From: Candidatus Multivoraceae bacterium
GTDB taxonomy: Bacteria; Acidobacteriota; Thermoanaerobaculia; Multivoradales; Multivoraceae
Direction: 5' to 3'
DNA: 64,000 bases
Assembly: GCA_965223385.1 (NCBI GenBank)
Contig: CBDCWR010000007.1
Span: forward strand, 2,739,165 to 2,803,164
The first letter of the stretch is position 1, and each line of letters starts with the position of its first letter. The notes beneath the pieces are model-generated. The model did not search any database, was not told the DNA's origin, and saw only the letters and a list, made by a program, of their open reading frames with translations. Positions 40,713 through 49,421 of this stretch are shown in pieces. Made by a program: the position numbers and the translations under genes.

Positions 40713-41936
40713 GTGCGCGGGTCGTCGATCCGGAGACGCAGACCGTGCGCAACGCGGGGTGTTCTGGTACGCAGCGGCCGGGTCGAAGAGCTTCGGCCGG
40801 CGCCCCCGTCCGACTTCGGTGGCACGGTGCTCCACGCGTCGGGCAAGTTCCTCGTGCCTGGCTTTCACGATCTCCATACCCACTCGTTCGGCAACGCGGG
40901 CCCGCAGGGGCCGGGGAGCTTCTTCGGCACCGAAGGGACGGCACGACGGGCGCTTTATGTCGGTGTGGTCGGGTTTCTCGACCTCTTCAACGCGGAGGAC
41001 GTCATCTTCGGCCTCCGCGGCCGGCAGCGGGCCGACCCGAAGAGCGTGCCCGGAGCGGACATCTTCGCGGCCGGGCCCTGCATGACCGCGACGGACGGTC
41101 ACTGCAGCCAGTTCGGCATCCGTACCCGCATCATCGACTCTCCCGAAGACGCCCGCGAGCAGGTGACCGCGCTGAGCGCAAAGAAGCCGGACGTGGTGAA
41201 GGTGGTCTTCCACAAGGGCGGGCGCCGGCCCACCGTGAGCGCGGAGACGCTCACGGCTGCCATCAAGACGGCGAACGAGCTCGGGCTCAAGTCGGTCGTG
41301 CACGTGGGGGGCTGGGAGGAGGCGGAGGTGGCAGCACGAGCCGGCGTGTCGGCCATCACCCACGCTCCCGACGGCCCCGCGCGCGCCGTTCCGCAGGAGA
41401 TGATCGACCTTCTCGTCGACCAGAAGGTGGCCGTGATCCCGACCCTTGCCGTGTACCTCGAGCGCATGCTCATCGGCTCGGGCGAGGCGCAGCTCGATGC
41501 GCCGCTCCTGGCGGCCGTCGCGAGCGAGCAGAACCTCGCGGCGTACACCAGCCGCGAGACGCGTGAGCTTTATGCCTCGCACGCGAGGGAGCACGAGAGG
41601 CCCATTCGGCTGGAGACCGTGCGCAAGCTGGCGGCGGCTGGCGTCCCGGTTCTCACCGGGACGGACGCCGGGAACACGGGCGTTTTCCAGGGCTACTCGG
41701 TGCACCGGGAGATGGCCTGGTTCGTCGAGGCCGGCCTCACCACGTGGGAGGCTCTGGCGGCCTCCACGACCGCCGTCTCGGACTTCCTCGGTCGGCCGGT
41801 CGGCTTCGATCGCGGCGACTTCGCGAGCTTCGTGCTCCTTTCGAGATCACCCGTCGACGACATCGCGAACACGGAGTCCATCGTGGACGTGATCCACCGC
41901 GGCGTGGTCGTGGACCGCGCGTCGCTGCTCGAGTGA
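40713..41936 (+). CDS. Amidohydrolase-family protein (metal-dependent hydrolase); N-terminus disrupted by an apparent +1 frameshift
   Basis: PGFHDLHTHS (HxH), GTDAGN, C-terminal VDVIHRGVVVD. The expected N-terminal signal-peptide segment (MHRHIASTVALLLVAWAPLAAQDLFIQGARVVDPETQTVRNAG) is in another frame starting at ~40631. Confidence 0.7.
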   Translation: MRGSSIRRRRPCATRGVLVRSGRVEELRPAPPSDFGGTVLHASGKFLVPGFHDLHTHSFGNAGPQGPGSFFGTEGTARRALYVGVVGFLDLFNAEDVIFGLRGRQRADPKSVPGADIFAAGPCMTATDGHCSQFGIRTRIIDSPEDAREQVTALSAKKPDVVKVVFHKGGRRPTVSAETLTAAIKTANELGLKSVVHVGGWEEAEVAARAGVSAITHAPDGPARAVPQEMIDLLVDQKVAVIPTLAVYLERMLIGSGEAQLDAPLLAAVASEQNLAAYTSRETRELYASHAREHERPIRLETVRKLAAAGVPVLTGTDAGNTGVFQGYSVHREMAWFVEAGLTTWEALAASTTAVSDFLGRPVGFDRGDFASFVLLSRSPVDDIANTESIVDVIHRGVVVDRASLLE

Positions 41937-41970
41937 GTCCTTCGCCGCGTCGAACCTCCGCCGTCTCGCG

Positions 41971-42609
41971 TCAGTTCCCCGCGGCGGCCGCGGAGGACGT
42001 CGTGAACTCCACGAACGCGAGCCGGTCGTCCCACAGGAGGGCGAGCTTGCCGCCTTCGGCGCTCATGTCGAGGAACTGCCACGAGAGCTGATCGAAGGAG
42101 TGGGGGAGCCGCTCCTGCGTCATTGCCGTGCGCACCACGTCCTTGTTCGGCATGTAGTGGTAGGCGCCGAAGAGTGCCGAGCGGTCGTTCTGGTCGTAGG
42201 TCTTCTGCGCCGGCCAGCGACTCAGGATGAAGATCCACTCCTCGTGCGAGAGCTGGACGAAGACGGTGTACTCGCCGGGTGGGACACCAACACCGTCGAT
42301 CTCGAGTGGCACCTCCGTCTTCAGTACGGTCGACTGATTGGCTCCGGCGCGCCAGACGGGTGCACCGCCGTTGAGGTTCTGTACGAAGTCGGGTGGCGTG
42401 AACAGGGCGCGTGAGCGCTTGATCGGCCGGCCGTAGCCGATCTCGATCCAGCGGCCCCCTGCGTAGCCCTGGTAGGCGCGATACGCGCCGCCGATCTCGG
42501 TGGCGGACGCACCCCGCGGGCTCGCGGGGCGACGCTGTTGGGCGTCGGCCTGGGCGCTGCTCCAGGCGAGCAGTGCGACCGCCGCCGCGAGGGCGAGGTG
42601 TTTCGACAT
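41971..42609 (-). CDS. DUF2911-family secreted protein
   Basis: IEIGYGRPIKRSRALF...VWRAGANQSTVLKTEVPLEIDGVGVPPGEYTVFV matches the YGRPxxRGR...WRxGANxAT signature of DUF2911; signal peptide. Paralog at 57117..57785. Confidence 0.6.
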   Translation of the reverse strand: MSKHLALAAAVALLAWSSAQADAQQRRPASPRGASATEIGGAYRAYQGYAGGRWIEIGYGRPIKRSRALFTPPDFVQNLNGGAPVWRAGANQSTVLKTEVPLEIDGVGVPPGEYTVFVQLSHEEWIFILSRWPAQKTYDQNDRSALFGAYHYMPNKDVVRTAMTQERLPHSFDQLSWQFLDMSAEGGKLALLWDDRLAFVEFTTSSAAAAGN

Positions 42610-42796
42610 CCAGTCCTCCTTGGAGAGCCCAAGGTATCAAGCCGGTCGGGGTCCGGTGCTGGTCGTGTGGGCCGCCGGCTAGGACTCCCGGCATGGACCA
42701 AGCGGTGGCGTTCGTCAGCCTCTTCCTGGGTCTCATCACCGGGCCGCAGCAGCTCGAGCTCGGCGCCTCGCGCTGAAGCTCCACCCTCTCCGAGCC

Positions 42797-43078
42797 CTAC
42801 TCCTCCTCGAGGCGGTGAGCCAGCTCGGAGCCGTAGTCCATTCCGTAGACCTGCTTGAGCTGTGCGACGACATCGAGGGTCGGACCCTCCAGGGCGCCAC
42901 GGCCCTCGAACGCGTACAGCACGATGCCCTCCAGCAGGTCGCCGAGGGACATGTCGAGATACTCGGCGAGCCCCTTGAGCACCTTCAACATCGACTTCTC
43001 GAGGCGCACGCCGGTCTGGACGCGCACCACCTTGCGGGACGAGCCGTCGGCTCCGGAGGCCTTCCGTCTCGGGCTCAT
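42797..43078 (-). CDS. Small ribbon-helix-helix-like protein (CopG/antitoxin-like fold)
   Basis: KVVRVQTGVRLEKSMLKVLKGLAEYLDMSLGDLLEGIVLYAFEG has a beta-alpha-alpha pattern. ATGA overlap with the upstream gene. Confidence 0.4.
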   Translation of the reverse strand: MSPRRKASGADGSSRKVVRVQTGVRLEKSMLKVLKGLAEYLDMSLGDLLEGIVLYAFEGRGALEGPTLDVVAQLKQVYGMDYGSELAHRLEEE

Positions 43079-43542
43079 GACGCGCCTTCCAGGGCCGGGA
43101 CGGGATCGTGGTCGAGGCTCGGCAGCGGTGCCAGGTCCGGCGCGACGAAGGTGTGGCGCGCCTCCTCGGAGGCCAGCCGCTCCGAAGTGTAGTGGCGCGC
43201 CAAAAGCGCGGGCGCGTCGAGCAGCAGATCGGCTGCGTGCGTTTCGAAGGCCAGCCAGCTCCTCCGCGCTTCGGGAAAAGCCTGGATGCGCGCAGCGATG
43301 AGCGCAAGCAGGGCGCGAGTCAATGTCTCGTGGTACTTGTCTTCGGCGCCGACGTGCGTGACGAAGCGGCGGATCGAATGGACGAAGCTCTCGGTGCCGG
43401 CGCCGATCCCTTCGTCGACGAGGTAGGCCCACGCCGCGAGCACGTGCCCGCGATGGTCGAAGTCGCCGGGCTGAACATCGAGAGTCTCGAGCCGTCGGAC
43501 GAGAGTCCGAGCGTGTTTCTCAGTATGGTACATAGGTACCAT
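43075..43542 (-). CDS. Hypothetical protein (155 aa, predicted alpha-helical), first gene of a two-gene module
   Basis: Starts MVPMYHTEKHARTLVRRL... within the only AT-richer patch of the region. Translationally coupled to the RHH gene. Confidence 0.45.
   Translation of the reverse strand: MVPMYHTEKHARTLVRRLETLDVQPGDFDHRGHVLAAWAYLVDEGIGAGTESFVHSIRRFVTHVGAEDKYHETLTRALLALIAARIQAFPEARRSWLAFETHAADLLLDAPALLARHYTSERLASEEARHTFVAPDLAPLPSLDHDPVPALEGAS
43525..43542. promoter_or_regulatory. Perfect 7-4-7 inverted repeat ATGGTAC-ATAG-GTACCAT overlapping the start codon of the 43075..43542 gene: candidate operator
   Basis: The palindrome itself encodes M-V-P-M-Y-H; it is adjacent to an RHH-protein gene. 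Confidence 0.4.
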
Positions 43543-43694
43543 AGTAACACAGAGAGGTGAGATGGGGCGCGCTCGTTCTGGTCGCCGCGAAATCTGGAGT
43601 GGAGGTCTGAGAAGATCTCCGGGCACCCCACGACACGTCACCCGCGCCAGCTCCGGCGTCATTCGCTGCGCGGCGCACCCCACGGAGGTCCGTC

Positions 43695-44186
43695 ATGTCC
43701 CAGCCCACCACGACTGCGCGCGAGGCGCGCATGATCGGCCACGGCGCCGCGGTTGTCGTCTTCGGACTCCTGGCCGGTTTTGGCCTTCTCTTTGCGCTGC
43801 TCGAGCAGATCGCCATCTGGCCCCTCCCCGGCCTCGACGTGCAGATTCCCGGCTCGGTTCGCGGTTGGCAGGCGGCGCACGTCGGTGGGCTGCTGAACGG
43901 GGTGATGCTTGTTGCCTTTGCTCTGTGCTTTCCCAGGCTGTCCCTCACGGAGACGGCGGAGAAGTGGGTGTCGCTGGGACTGATCTACACGGCCTGGGCG
44001 AACACGGTCTTCTACTGGTTCGGCAACTTCGCGCCCAACCGCGGCCTCTCCGGGGGTGACACCGTGCACGGCGAGGGTACTCTGGCGGGTTTCATCGCCT
44101 ACCTGCCCGCCGCCACAGCGACGGTGATCACGATCGCCTGCGCTGCCGTGGTGGCTCGCGCAGCGTTCCGGCGCGCCGCCAGCTGA
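43695..44186 (+). CDS. Hypothetical 4-TM membrane protein
   Basis: Hydrophobic helices (GAAVVVFGLLAGFGLLFALL, LLNGVMLVAFALCF, LGLIYTAWANTVFYWF, AGFIAYLPAATATVITIACAAVVA). Divergent from the two-gene module. Confidence 0.45.
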   Translation: MSQPTTTAREARMIGHGAAVVVFGLLAGFGLLFALLEQIAIWPLPGLDVQIPGSVRGWQAAHVGGLLNGVMLVAFALCFPRLSLTETAEKWVSLGLIYTAWANTVFYWFGNFAPNRGLSGGDTVHGEGTLAGFIAYLPAATATVITIACAAVVARAAFRRAAS

Positions 44187-44211
44187 CCGACCTCGAAGAA
44201 CCGGCCGGTGG

Positions 44212-45465
44212 TCAGGCCGCCGCTTCGACCTCTTGCGCGTCCGGTTGCGCCGGCGGGTGCTTTCGGAAGGCGCGGAGCACGATCACCACGCCGAGTGCCG
44301 AACAGGCGGCTCCGAGAAAGAAGGGCGCACCTGGAAGAAGGAACGGCGCCCGCTCGGACGTGAAGTAGCTGAAGAGGCCGGAGGTGAAGAGCGGGGGCGC
44401 CAGGATGCTGGTGATGCTCTGGAGTGCTGCCAGAGCCCCCTGCACGCGCCCCTGTTCCGACGGGGAGACCGAGCCCGCGACGAGCCCCTGGATCGCGGGG
44501 CCGGCGACGCCGCCGAGGCTGCCGATGACGACGACCGCAAGGAGCATCCAGCCCTGGGTCGCCAGACCGTAGGCCAGGAAGTTGAAGATGCCGAAGCTGA
44601 GCCCGAAGAGGATCGCGCGGCGCTCGCCGAATCTCTTGATGACAGGGCGCACCAGAGCACCCTGCACGATGACGGTCATGATGCCGACCAGAGCGAGCGC
44701 AAGACCGTTGGCGGTCTCCCCCCAGCCGTAGCGGAAGTTGGTGTAGAGCACCCAGACGTTCTCGAGCCCGCGCTGCGCGAAGCCGAAGCAGATGAAGGCG
44801 CCGGCGAGAGAGGCGACCAGGGGGTAGCTGCCCAGGTGCGTGATGCTGGCGAACGGGTTGAGCTTGCTCAGCTTCATGGGGCTGCGGTGCTCGGGTGCCA
44901 GCGATTCGGGCAGCACGAAGAAGCCGTAGAGCCAGTTCACCAGGCACAACCCGGCTGCCACGAAGAAGGGGAGTCGGAGGTCGACGCCGCCCAGGAGGCC
45001 GCCGAGGGCCGGGCCCATGATGAAGCCGAGGCCAAACGCCACGCCGATGAAGCCGAAGTTGCGGGCGCGCGTCTCTTCGTTGGAGATGTCGGCGATGTAC
45101 GCGTTGGCCGTGATGAAGCTCGCGCCCATGATGCCGGCGATGATGCGGCCGACGAAGAGCCAGGTCAGGTTCGGCGCGAGCCCCATGATGATGTAGTCGA
45201 TGCCGAGTCCGAACAGGGAGATCAGGATCACCGGCCGCCGACCGAAGCGGTCCGACAGGGCGCCGAGGATCGGTGCGAAGACGAAGTTCATGACCGCGTA
45301 GGTCATGGAGATCATCCCGACCCACGTGGCGGCCGCCGACGTCGAGCCTCCGGAGAACTGCTTGATGAGCTCGGGGAGGATCGGAATGATGATGCCGATC
45401 CCCAGGATGTCGAGAAACAGGGTGATCAGGATGAAGATCACCGCTGCCTGGCGCTTCTCAGCCAC
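44212..45465 (-). CDS. MFS transporter, DHA1/TetA-like efflux pump
   Basis: GALSDRFGRRPVILISL (MFS motif A), 12 TM, 417 aa; GTG start. Confidence 0.8.
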   Translation of the reverse strand: MAEKRQAAVIFILITLFLDILGIGIIIPILPELIKQFSGGSTSAAATWVGMISMTYAVMNFVFAPILGALSDRFGRRPVILISLFGLGIDYIIMGLAPNLTWLFVGRIIAGIMGASFITANAYIADISNEETRARNFGFIGVAFGLGFIMGPALGGLLGGVDLRLPFFVAAGLCLVNWLYGFFVLPESLAPEHRSPMKLSKLNPFASITHLGSYPLVASLAGAFICFGFAQRGLENVWVLYTNFRYGWGETANGLALALVGIMTVIVQGALVRPVIKRFGERRAILFGLSFGIFNFLAYGLATQGWMLLAVVVIGSLGGVAGPAIQGLVAGSVSPSEQGRVQGALAALQSITSILAPPLFTSGLFSYFTSERAPFLLPGAPFFLGAACSALGVVIVLRAFRKHPPAQPDAQEVEAAA

Positions 45466-45510
45466 GTGCGGAGGGTCCCCCAGGTGTGTGCGGGTGGCTC
45501 CCGCAGGCGT

Positions 45511-46344
45511 CTACTTGCCTTCGAACTTCGGCTCGCGCTTCTCCATGAAGGAGCGGATGCCCTCCTGGAAGTCTTCGCTCTGGAAGAGGGGCAGGAGCTG
45601 CAGGAAGACGTGGTGCACGTGGTCGTCGAACTGCTCGTCGAGGCCCGCGCGCATCATGCGCTTGGACGCCTGCACCGCCATCGGCGCGTTGCTGGCGATC
45701 TCCTCGGCGAGGCTGCGGGTGCGGCTCTCGAGCTCGTCGCTCGGCACGACGTGGTTCACGAGGCCCCACTCCAGAGCCTCCGGGGCCGTCAGCGTGCGGG
45801 CGGTGAAGATCAGCTCCGAGGCTTTGGCCCAGCCGAGCATGCGAGGGAGCAGCCAGGTTCCGCCGCTCTCCGGCACGATGCCGCGCTTGGTGAAGGCGGC
45901 CGCGAGCTTCGCCGGCTCCGCGGCGATGCGGATGTCGCAGCCCATCGCAATGTCGAAGCCGTAGCCCGCGGCGCTGCCGTTGAGCGCGCAGATCGTCGGT
46001 GTGTCGATGCCGTGGAGGACGGTGGGCGGGGTGTTGCGCAGGTCGAGGGTCGGTGTGACTCTGGGCTGCGCGCCGCCGATACCTTCGCCTTCGCTCGCCT
46101 GCTGCAGGTCGAGGCCGGCACAGAAGAAGCGGCCGGTTCCGGTGAGAACGATGACCCGGACATCCGGGTCTTCGTCGGCCTGGATCAGCAGCTCGCCCAG
46201 CTGCTGCAGCATGCCGCGTGAGATCGTGTTCATCCGCTCCGGGCGGTTGATCGTCAGGGTGGCGATGCCGCCGTTCGCCTCGTAGAGCATCTCGGGTGCA
46301 CTGCTCTCGTTGGCGGGCTCGGTCTGGGTCTGGGGCTCGGTCAT
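45511..46344 (-). CDS. Enoyl-CoA hydratase/isomerase (crotonase) family protein
   Basis: TLTINRPERMNTIS, VIVLTGTGRFFCAGLDL, ICALNGSAAGYGFDIAMGCDIRIAAE. ATG with GGAGGTG SD. Confidence 0.8.
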   Translation of the reverse strand: MTEPQTQTEPANESSAPEMLYEANGGIATLTINRPERMNTISRGMLQQLGELLIQADEDPDVRVIVLTGTGRFFCAGLDLQQASEGEGIGGAQPRVTPTLDLRNTPPTVLHGIDTPTICALNGSAAGYGFDIAMGCDIRIAAEPAKLAAAFTKRGIVPESGGTWLLPRMLGWAKASELIFTARTLTAPEALEWGLVNHVVPSDELESRTRSLAEEIASNAPMAVQASKRMMRAGLDEQFDDHVHHVFLQLLPLFQSEDFQEGIRSFMEKREPKFEGK

Positions 46345-46601
46345 GGCGCTCACCTCCTGGGACGTCGGGTGTCGGGCGGGCCTCACTCTATCTCGGCGGG
46401 GCGCCCGCCCGGAGTTGGGCCGGGGCCTGCGCCGGTGACGTCGCCTGCGTCGGGGCGAGTCGCAGTCGAGGCGGCGGGTCAGATAAGTTGAGGTGGCCAG
46501 TTGCCGGTGTCGATTCTCGTCCGCCCGATTCGTTCCATCTCCAGACAGACGGCCGCCGTCCGGGCAGGCCGGAAGACACCGCCAGCTTCCAGGAGGCTCC
46601 G

Positions 46602-47150
46602 ATGCGCCAACGCACCATCCTCACTCTTGTCACGACCTTCGCTCTCGTCAGCACGGCCGCCCCCGCAGAGACCAGGCAGACTGAGCAGATCACCGAGAAC
46701 ACCCTCCGCCTCTCTGGGGGTCAGGCTGCCCCGGCGGCGCGGGCGATCGACCTCGCCTGGCTGACCGGGCTGTGGGTCGGCGAAGGAATGGGCGGTGTCG
46801 TGCAGGAGGTCTGGGCACCTCCTGCGGGCGGCTCCATGATGGGCCTGTTCAAGCTGATCGGCGAAGGCGGACAGGGTGAGACGTCGTTCACCGAGCACAT
46901 GAGCATCCTGGAGGTTGGGGAGACCCTGGAGGTGCGACTGAAGCACTTCAACCACGATCTGACGGGCTGGGAGGAGAAGAACGACTTCGTCACCTTCCCT
47001 CTCGTGCGTCTCGACGAGGACGCCGCCTACTTCCGCGGTCTCACGTACCGCAAGACCGGGCCCAGCGAGCTCACCGTGTACCTGGCCATGAAGACGCGGG
47101 ATGGCACCCGCGAGGTGAAGTTCGTCTTCGAGGCCGTCCCCTCGAGCTGA
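46602..47150 (+). CDS. Secreted hypothetical protein, DUF6265-like (lipocalin-like)
   Basis: Signal peptide; LAWLTGLWVGEG...EVWAPPAGGSMMGLFKLIGEG...LKHFNHDLTGWEEKNDFVTFPLV pattern; AGGAGG SD. Confidence 0.45.
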   Translation: MRQRTILTLVTTFALVSTAAPAETRQTEQITENTLRLSGGQAAPAARAIDLAWLTGLWVGEGMGGVVQEVWAPPAGGSMMGLFKLIGEGGQGETSFTEHMSILEVGETLEVRLKHFNHDLTGWEEKNDFVTFPLVRLDEDAAYFRGLTYRKTGPSELTVYLAMKTRDGTREVKFVFEAVPSS

Positions 47151-47291
47151 GCCCCGGGAGCCGCTCTCAGCCCCACCCTGGGTGCGGTTTCTCACGACGC
47201 GGTGTCGCTTCTCGAGCCCGCGCCTCTTCCTCGACGGGGTCGGGAGATCCCGACCCCGAACCTCTCGGAGCAACGCCTCGAGAAACGACAG

Positions 47292-49421
47292 CTAGCGTCC
47301 TGCGCGGACGTCGAGCGCGAGGGAGACCTGGCTCGGCGGCAGCACGCCGGTCAGCTGCAGCAGCTTGCCGTCCTCCGGAATGTCGACCGGGAGCGGCTTG
47401 ACCCCCGCCGTGCGGTTCACCTGGAGTGCCTGCGCGGCCACCCTGAACTCGGCCTCCTCGTTCTTCTTCTTCTGCTCGACGAAGGTCTCCTGCACGCGGA
47501 AGTGGTCGACCAGCGGCGCCTCGGACGTCACGGTGATCTCTTCGGTGAGGCCAAGACCAAGCGTGAGATCCGCCTGCGCGGAACGGCCTCGAGACAGGCG
47601 AAAGGTCGTGAAGCTGTCCTGGAACCCCTCGAGGGCACCGGACACGGAGTACCTCCCGGGTGGCAGCTCCGCGAAGGCGTACCAGCCGGAAGCGTCAGTC
47701 ACCGACGTGAAGCGCGCTCCCTGGCCTGCGAGCGTCACGACCACGCCAGGGAGGGGACGTCCCTCGTGGTCTCGAACGGTCCCGAACGCAGCACTCGTCC
47801 CTCCGCCGACTCTCAGGGCGACCTGGTGATCGCTCGCGTCCGTCGCCCGGAGGGACGCCTCCGCGAGGCGGTACTTTCGGCCCGGCGGCAGGAGCACCCG
47901 CCAGCGGTGGTCGAGGACCGGCGTCGCCACCTGCGCCAGGTGGATGGCCAGGGTCGAGCGCGTGGCGGCGATCTCCTGCTCGAGCACGGAGATCAGCTCG
48001 ATGTGGCGCGCCTGCTCGTTGCCGAGGGAGAGCGGCACGTACACCTTGCCGTCGCGCTCGAGAGGTCGCATGGCCTGGTCGTCGACCAGCAGCGACCAGA
48101 GCTCGGCACCCTGGGGCAGCTCCACCTCGAGTGCGGAGCCGCGCCCGACCACCGTGAAGCGGTCGCGGTGGACCAGGCTGCCGTCGACCGTGGCCAGGGT
48201 CGTGGTCTCGCGCCGTCGCACCACGGCTCCCAGATCGGGGGCCTCGGGCAGTACGTCGACGCGCAGCGAGGCCGCGTCGGCGACGGCGGTCTTGCGACGC
48301 CACACGCTGTCTCCGTTCAGGTCACCGACGAGCCGTGCCAGCGACGAGGGCACGTCCGAGGGGTCGATACGGACCCATGCCGAGGCCGGCTGAGGCGCTG
48401 CACGTGCGGCGACGGTCGTCTGCAGCAGGAGGTAGTGGTGCGAAGCCACGGGGTCGGTCAGCACTGGCTCCAGTGGCAGGCTCTCGCCCGCGCCCAGGGT
48501 GCTGCGGAGCGTGACGGAGCCTGTTCCCCGCAGCAGGCTCTCGCGGAAGATGCGGAGCTCGCGCCCGTTGCGCTCGAACGGGGAGGCGCTCTCGTCGGTC
48601 GTGACGGTCTCGGGGTCGAGTGCGGCGGGCAGTCGGAGCGTGTGCTGGCGCAGCTCTCCCGAGGCGACTTCGTAGAGCGCGAAGTCGGTCCGCTGTGCGC
48701 CGTGGCGGTCGATGGCGATGCGCGTCGCCGTCGTCGTCTGCACGCGGGCGTCGGAGATCAGCTCCGTCCTGGTCGGCCGGAGCTCCAGCACGGAGTCGCG
48801 CCCCGGCGCGAGCGCCAGCTGGATCGTGCGGCGCCCGTCCTGGAGCTCGTCTCCGACCAGGCTCGCGTCGGCACAGGCCCAGGCGAGGTTGGCCTCGAGG
48901 TCGACGACGTGCCTGGAGACCGGCGTCGGTACGGCCGGCAGCCGGAGCCGCACTGGGCCGTCCCAGGACGGGACGGCATGGAACGACGTGAGGTGGATGC
49001 GGTAGGTGCCCGGCTCCACGGCGACGAGGCTGACCTCCCCCTCGGTGTCGGAGAGGTAGGCACCTGCTGGCTCGACGCGGCCCGCGGTGACCAGACCGAA
49101 CGCCGGGAGCTTCACCTCCGAGAGCCGTTGGCCGAAGGCGGCGACGTCGAAGGTGGTCTCGGCGTGTACGCCGTCGGCGTCCACCCGCAGTGACGCCTCG
49201 GATCGGACGATCTCAGCGAGGTGTGGCGCGGCGTTCCGCGCGCGGGTGGCTCGGATCCCGGCGGCTGCTTCGATCTGCTCGAGAAGCTCCTCGTAGCGCT
49301 GCATGTCGAGAACGATCTCACCGCGCACGGGGGCGGGAGCGTCTTCCGCGCGCGCCGGGAGCGACCCGGAGGCCTCGAGGACGACGAACGTGGTGAGGAG
49401 GACCAGGGTCTTGTGCAGCAT
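47292..49421 (-). CDS. Large secreted protein B (709 aa) with C-terminal carboxypeptidase-regulatory-like beta-sandwich; unknown function
   Basis: MLHKTLVLLTTFVVLEASGSLPARAED signal peptide; GGAGTGG SD; start overlaps the upstream stop (TGATG). C-terminal region GTVRDHEGRPLPGVVVTLAGQGARFTSVTDASGWYAFAELPPGRYSV. The ORF-track N-terminal extension to 51239 is non-coding read-through. Confidence 0.65.
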   Translation of the reverse strand: MLHKTLVLLTTFVVLEASGSLPARAEDAPAPVRGEIVLDMQRYEELLEQIEAAAGIRATRARNAAPHLAEIVRSEASLRVDADGVHAETTFDVAAFGQRLSEVKLPAFGLVTAGRVEPAGAYLSDTEGEVSLVAVEPGTYRIHLTSFHAVPSWDGPVRLRLPAVPTPVSRHVVDLEANLAWACADASLVGDELQDGRRTIQLALAPGRDSVLELRPTRTELISDARVQTTTATRIAIDRHGAQRTDFALYEVASGELRQHTLRLPAALDPETVTTDESASPFERNGRELRIFRESLLRGTGSVTLRSTLGAGESLPLEPVLTDPVASHHYLLLQTTVAARAAPQPASAWVRIDPSDVPSSLARLVGDLNGDSVWRRKTAVADAASLRVDVLPEAPDLGAVVRRRETTTLATVDGSLVHRDRFTVVGRGSALEVELPQGAELWSLLVDDQAMRPLERDGKVYVPLSLGNEQARHIELISVLEQEIAATRSTLAIHLAQVATPVLDHRWRVLLPPGRKYRLAEASLRATDASDHQVALRVGGGTSAAFGTVRDHEGRPLPGVVVTLAGQGARFTSVTDASGWYAFAELPPGRYSVSGALEGFQDSFTTFRLSRGRSAQADLTLGLGLTEEITVTSEAPLVDHFRVQETFVEQKKKNEEAEFRVAAQALQVNRTAGVKPLPVDIPEDGKLLQLTGVLPPSQVSLALDVRAGR

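Noticed and set aside
44233-46221. 662-aa plus ORF spanning the MFS transporter and enoyl-CoA hydratase genes
   Set aside because: Antisense to two well-supported minus-strand genes; the translation is E/R/D/G-rich with no domains.
47202-49193. 663-aa plus ORF and the 47292..51239 1315-aa minus ORF
   Set aside because: The plus ORF is antisense junk. The 1315-aa model merges secreted protein B with ~600 codons of out-of-frame read-through across protein A; the SD-supported ATG behind the upstream stop is the real start.
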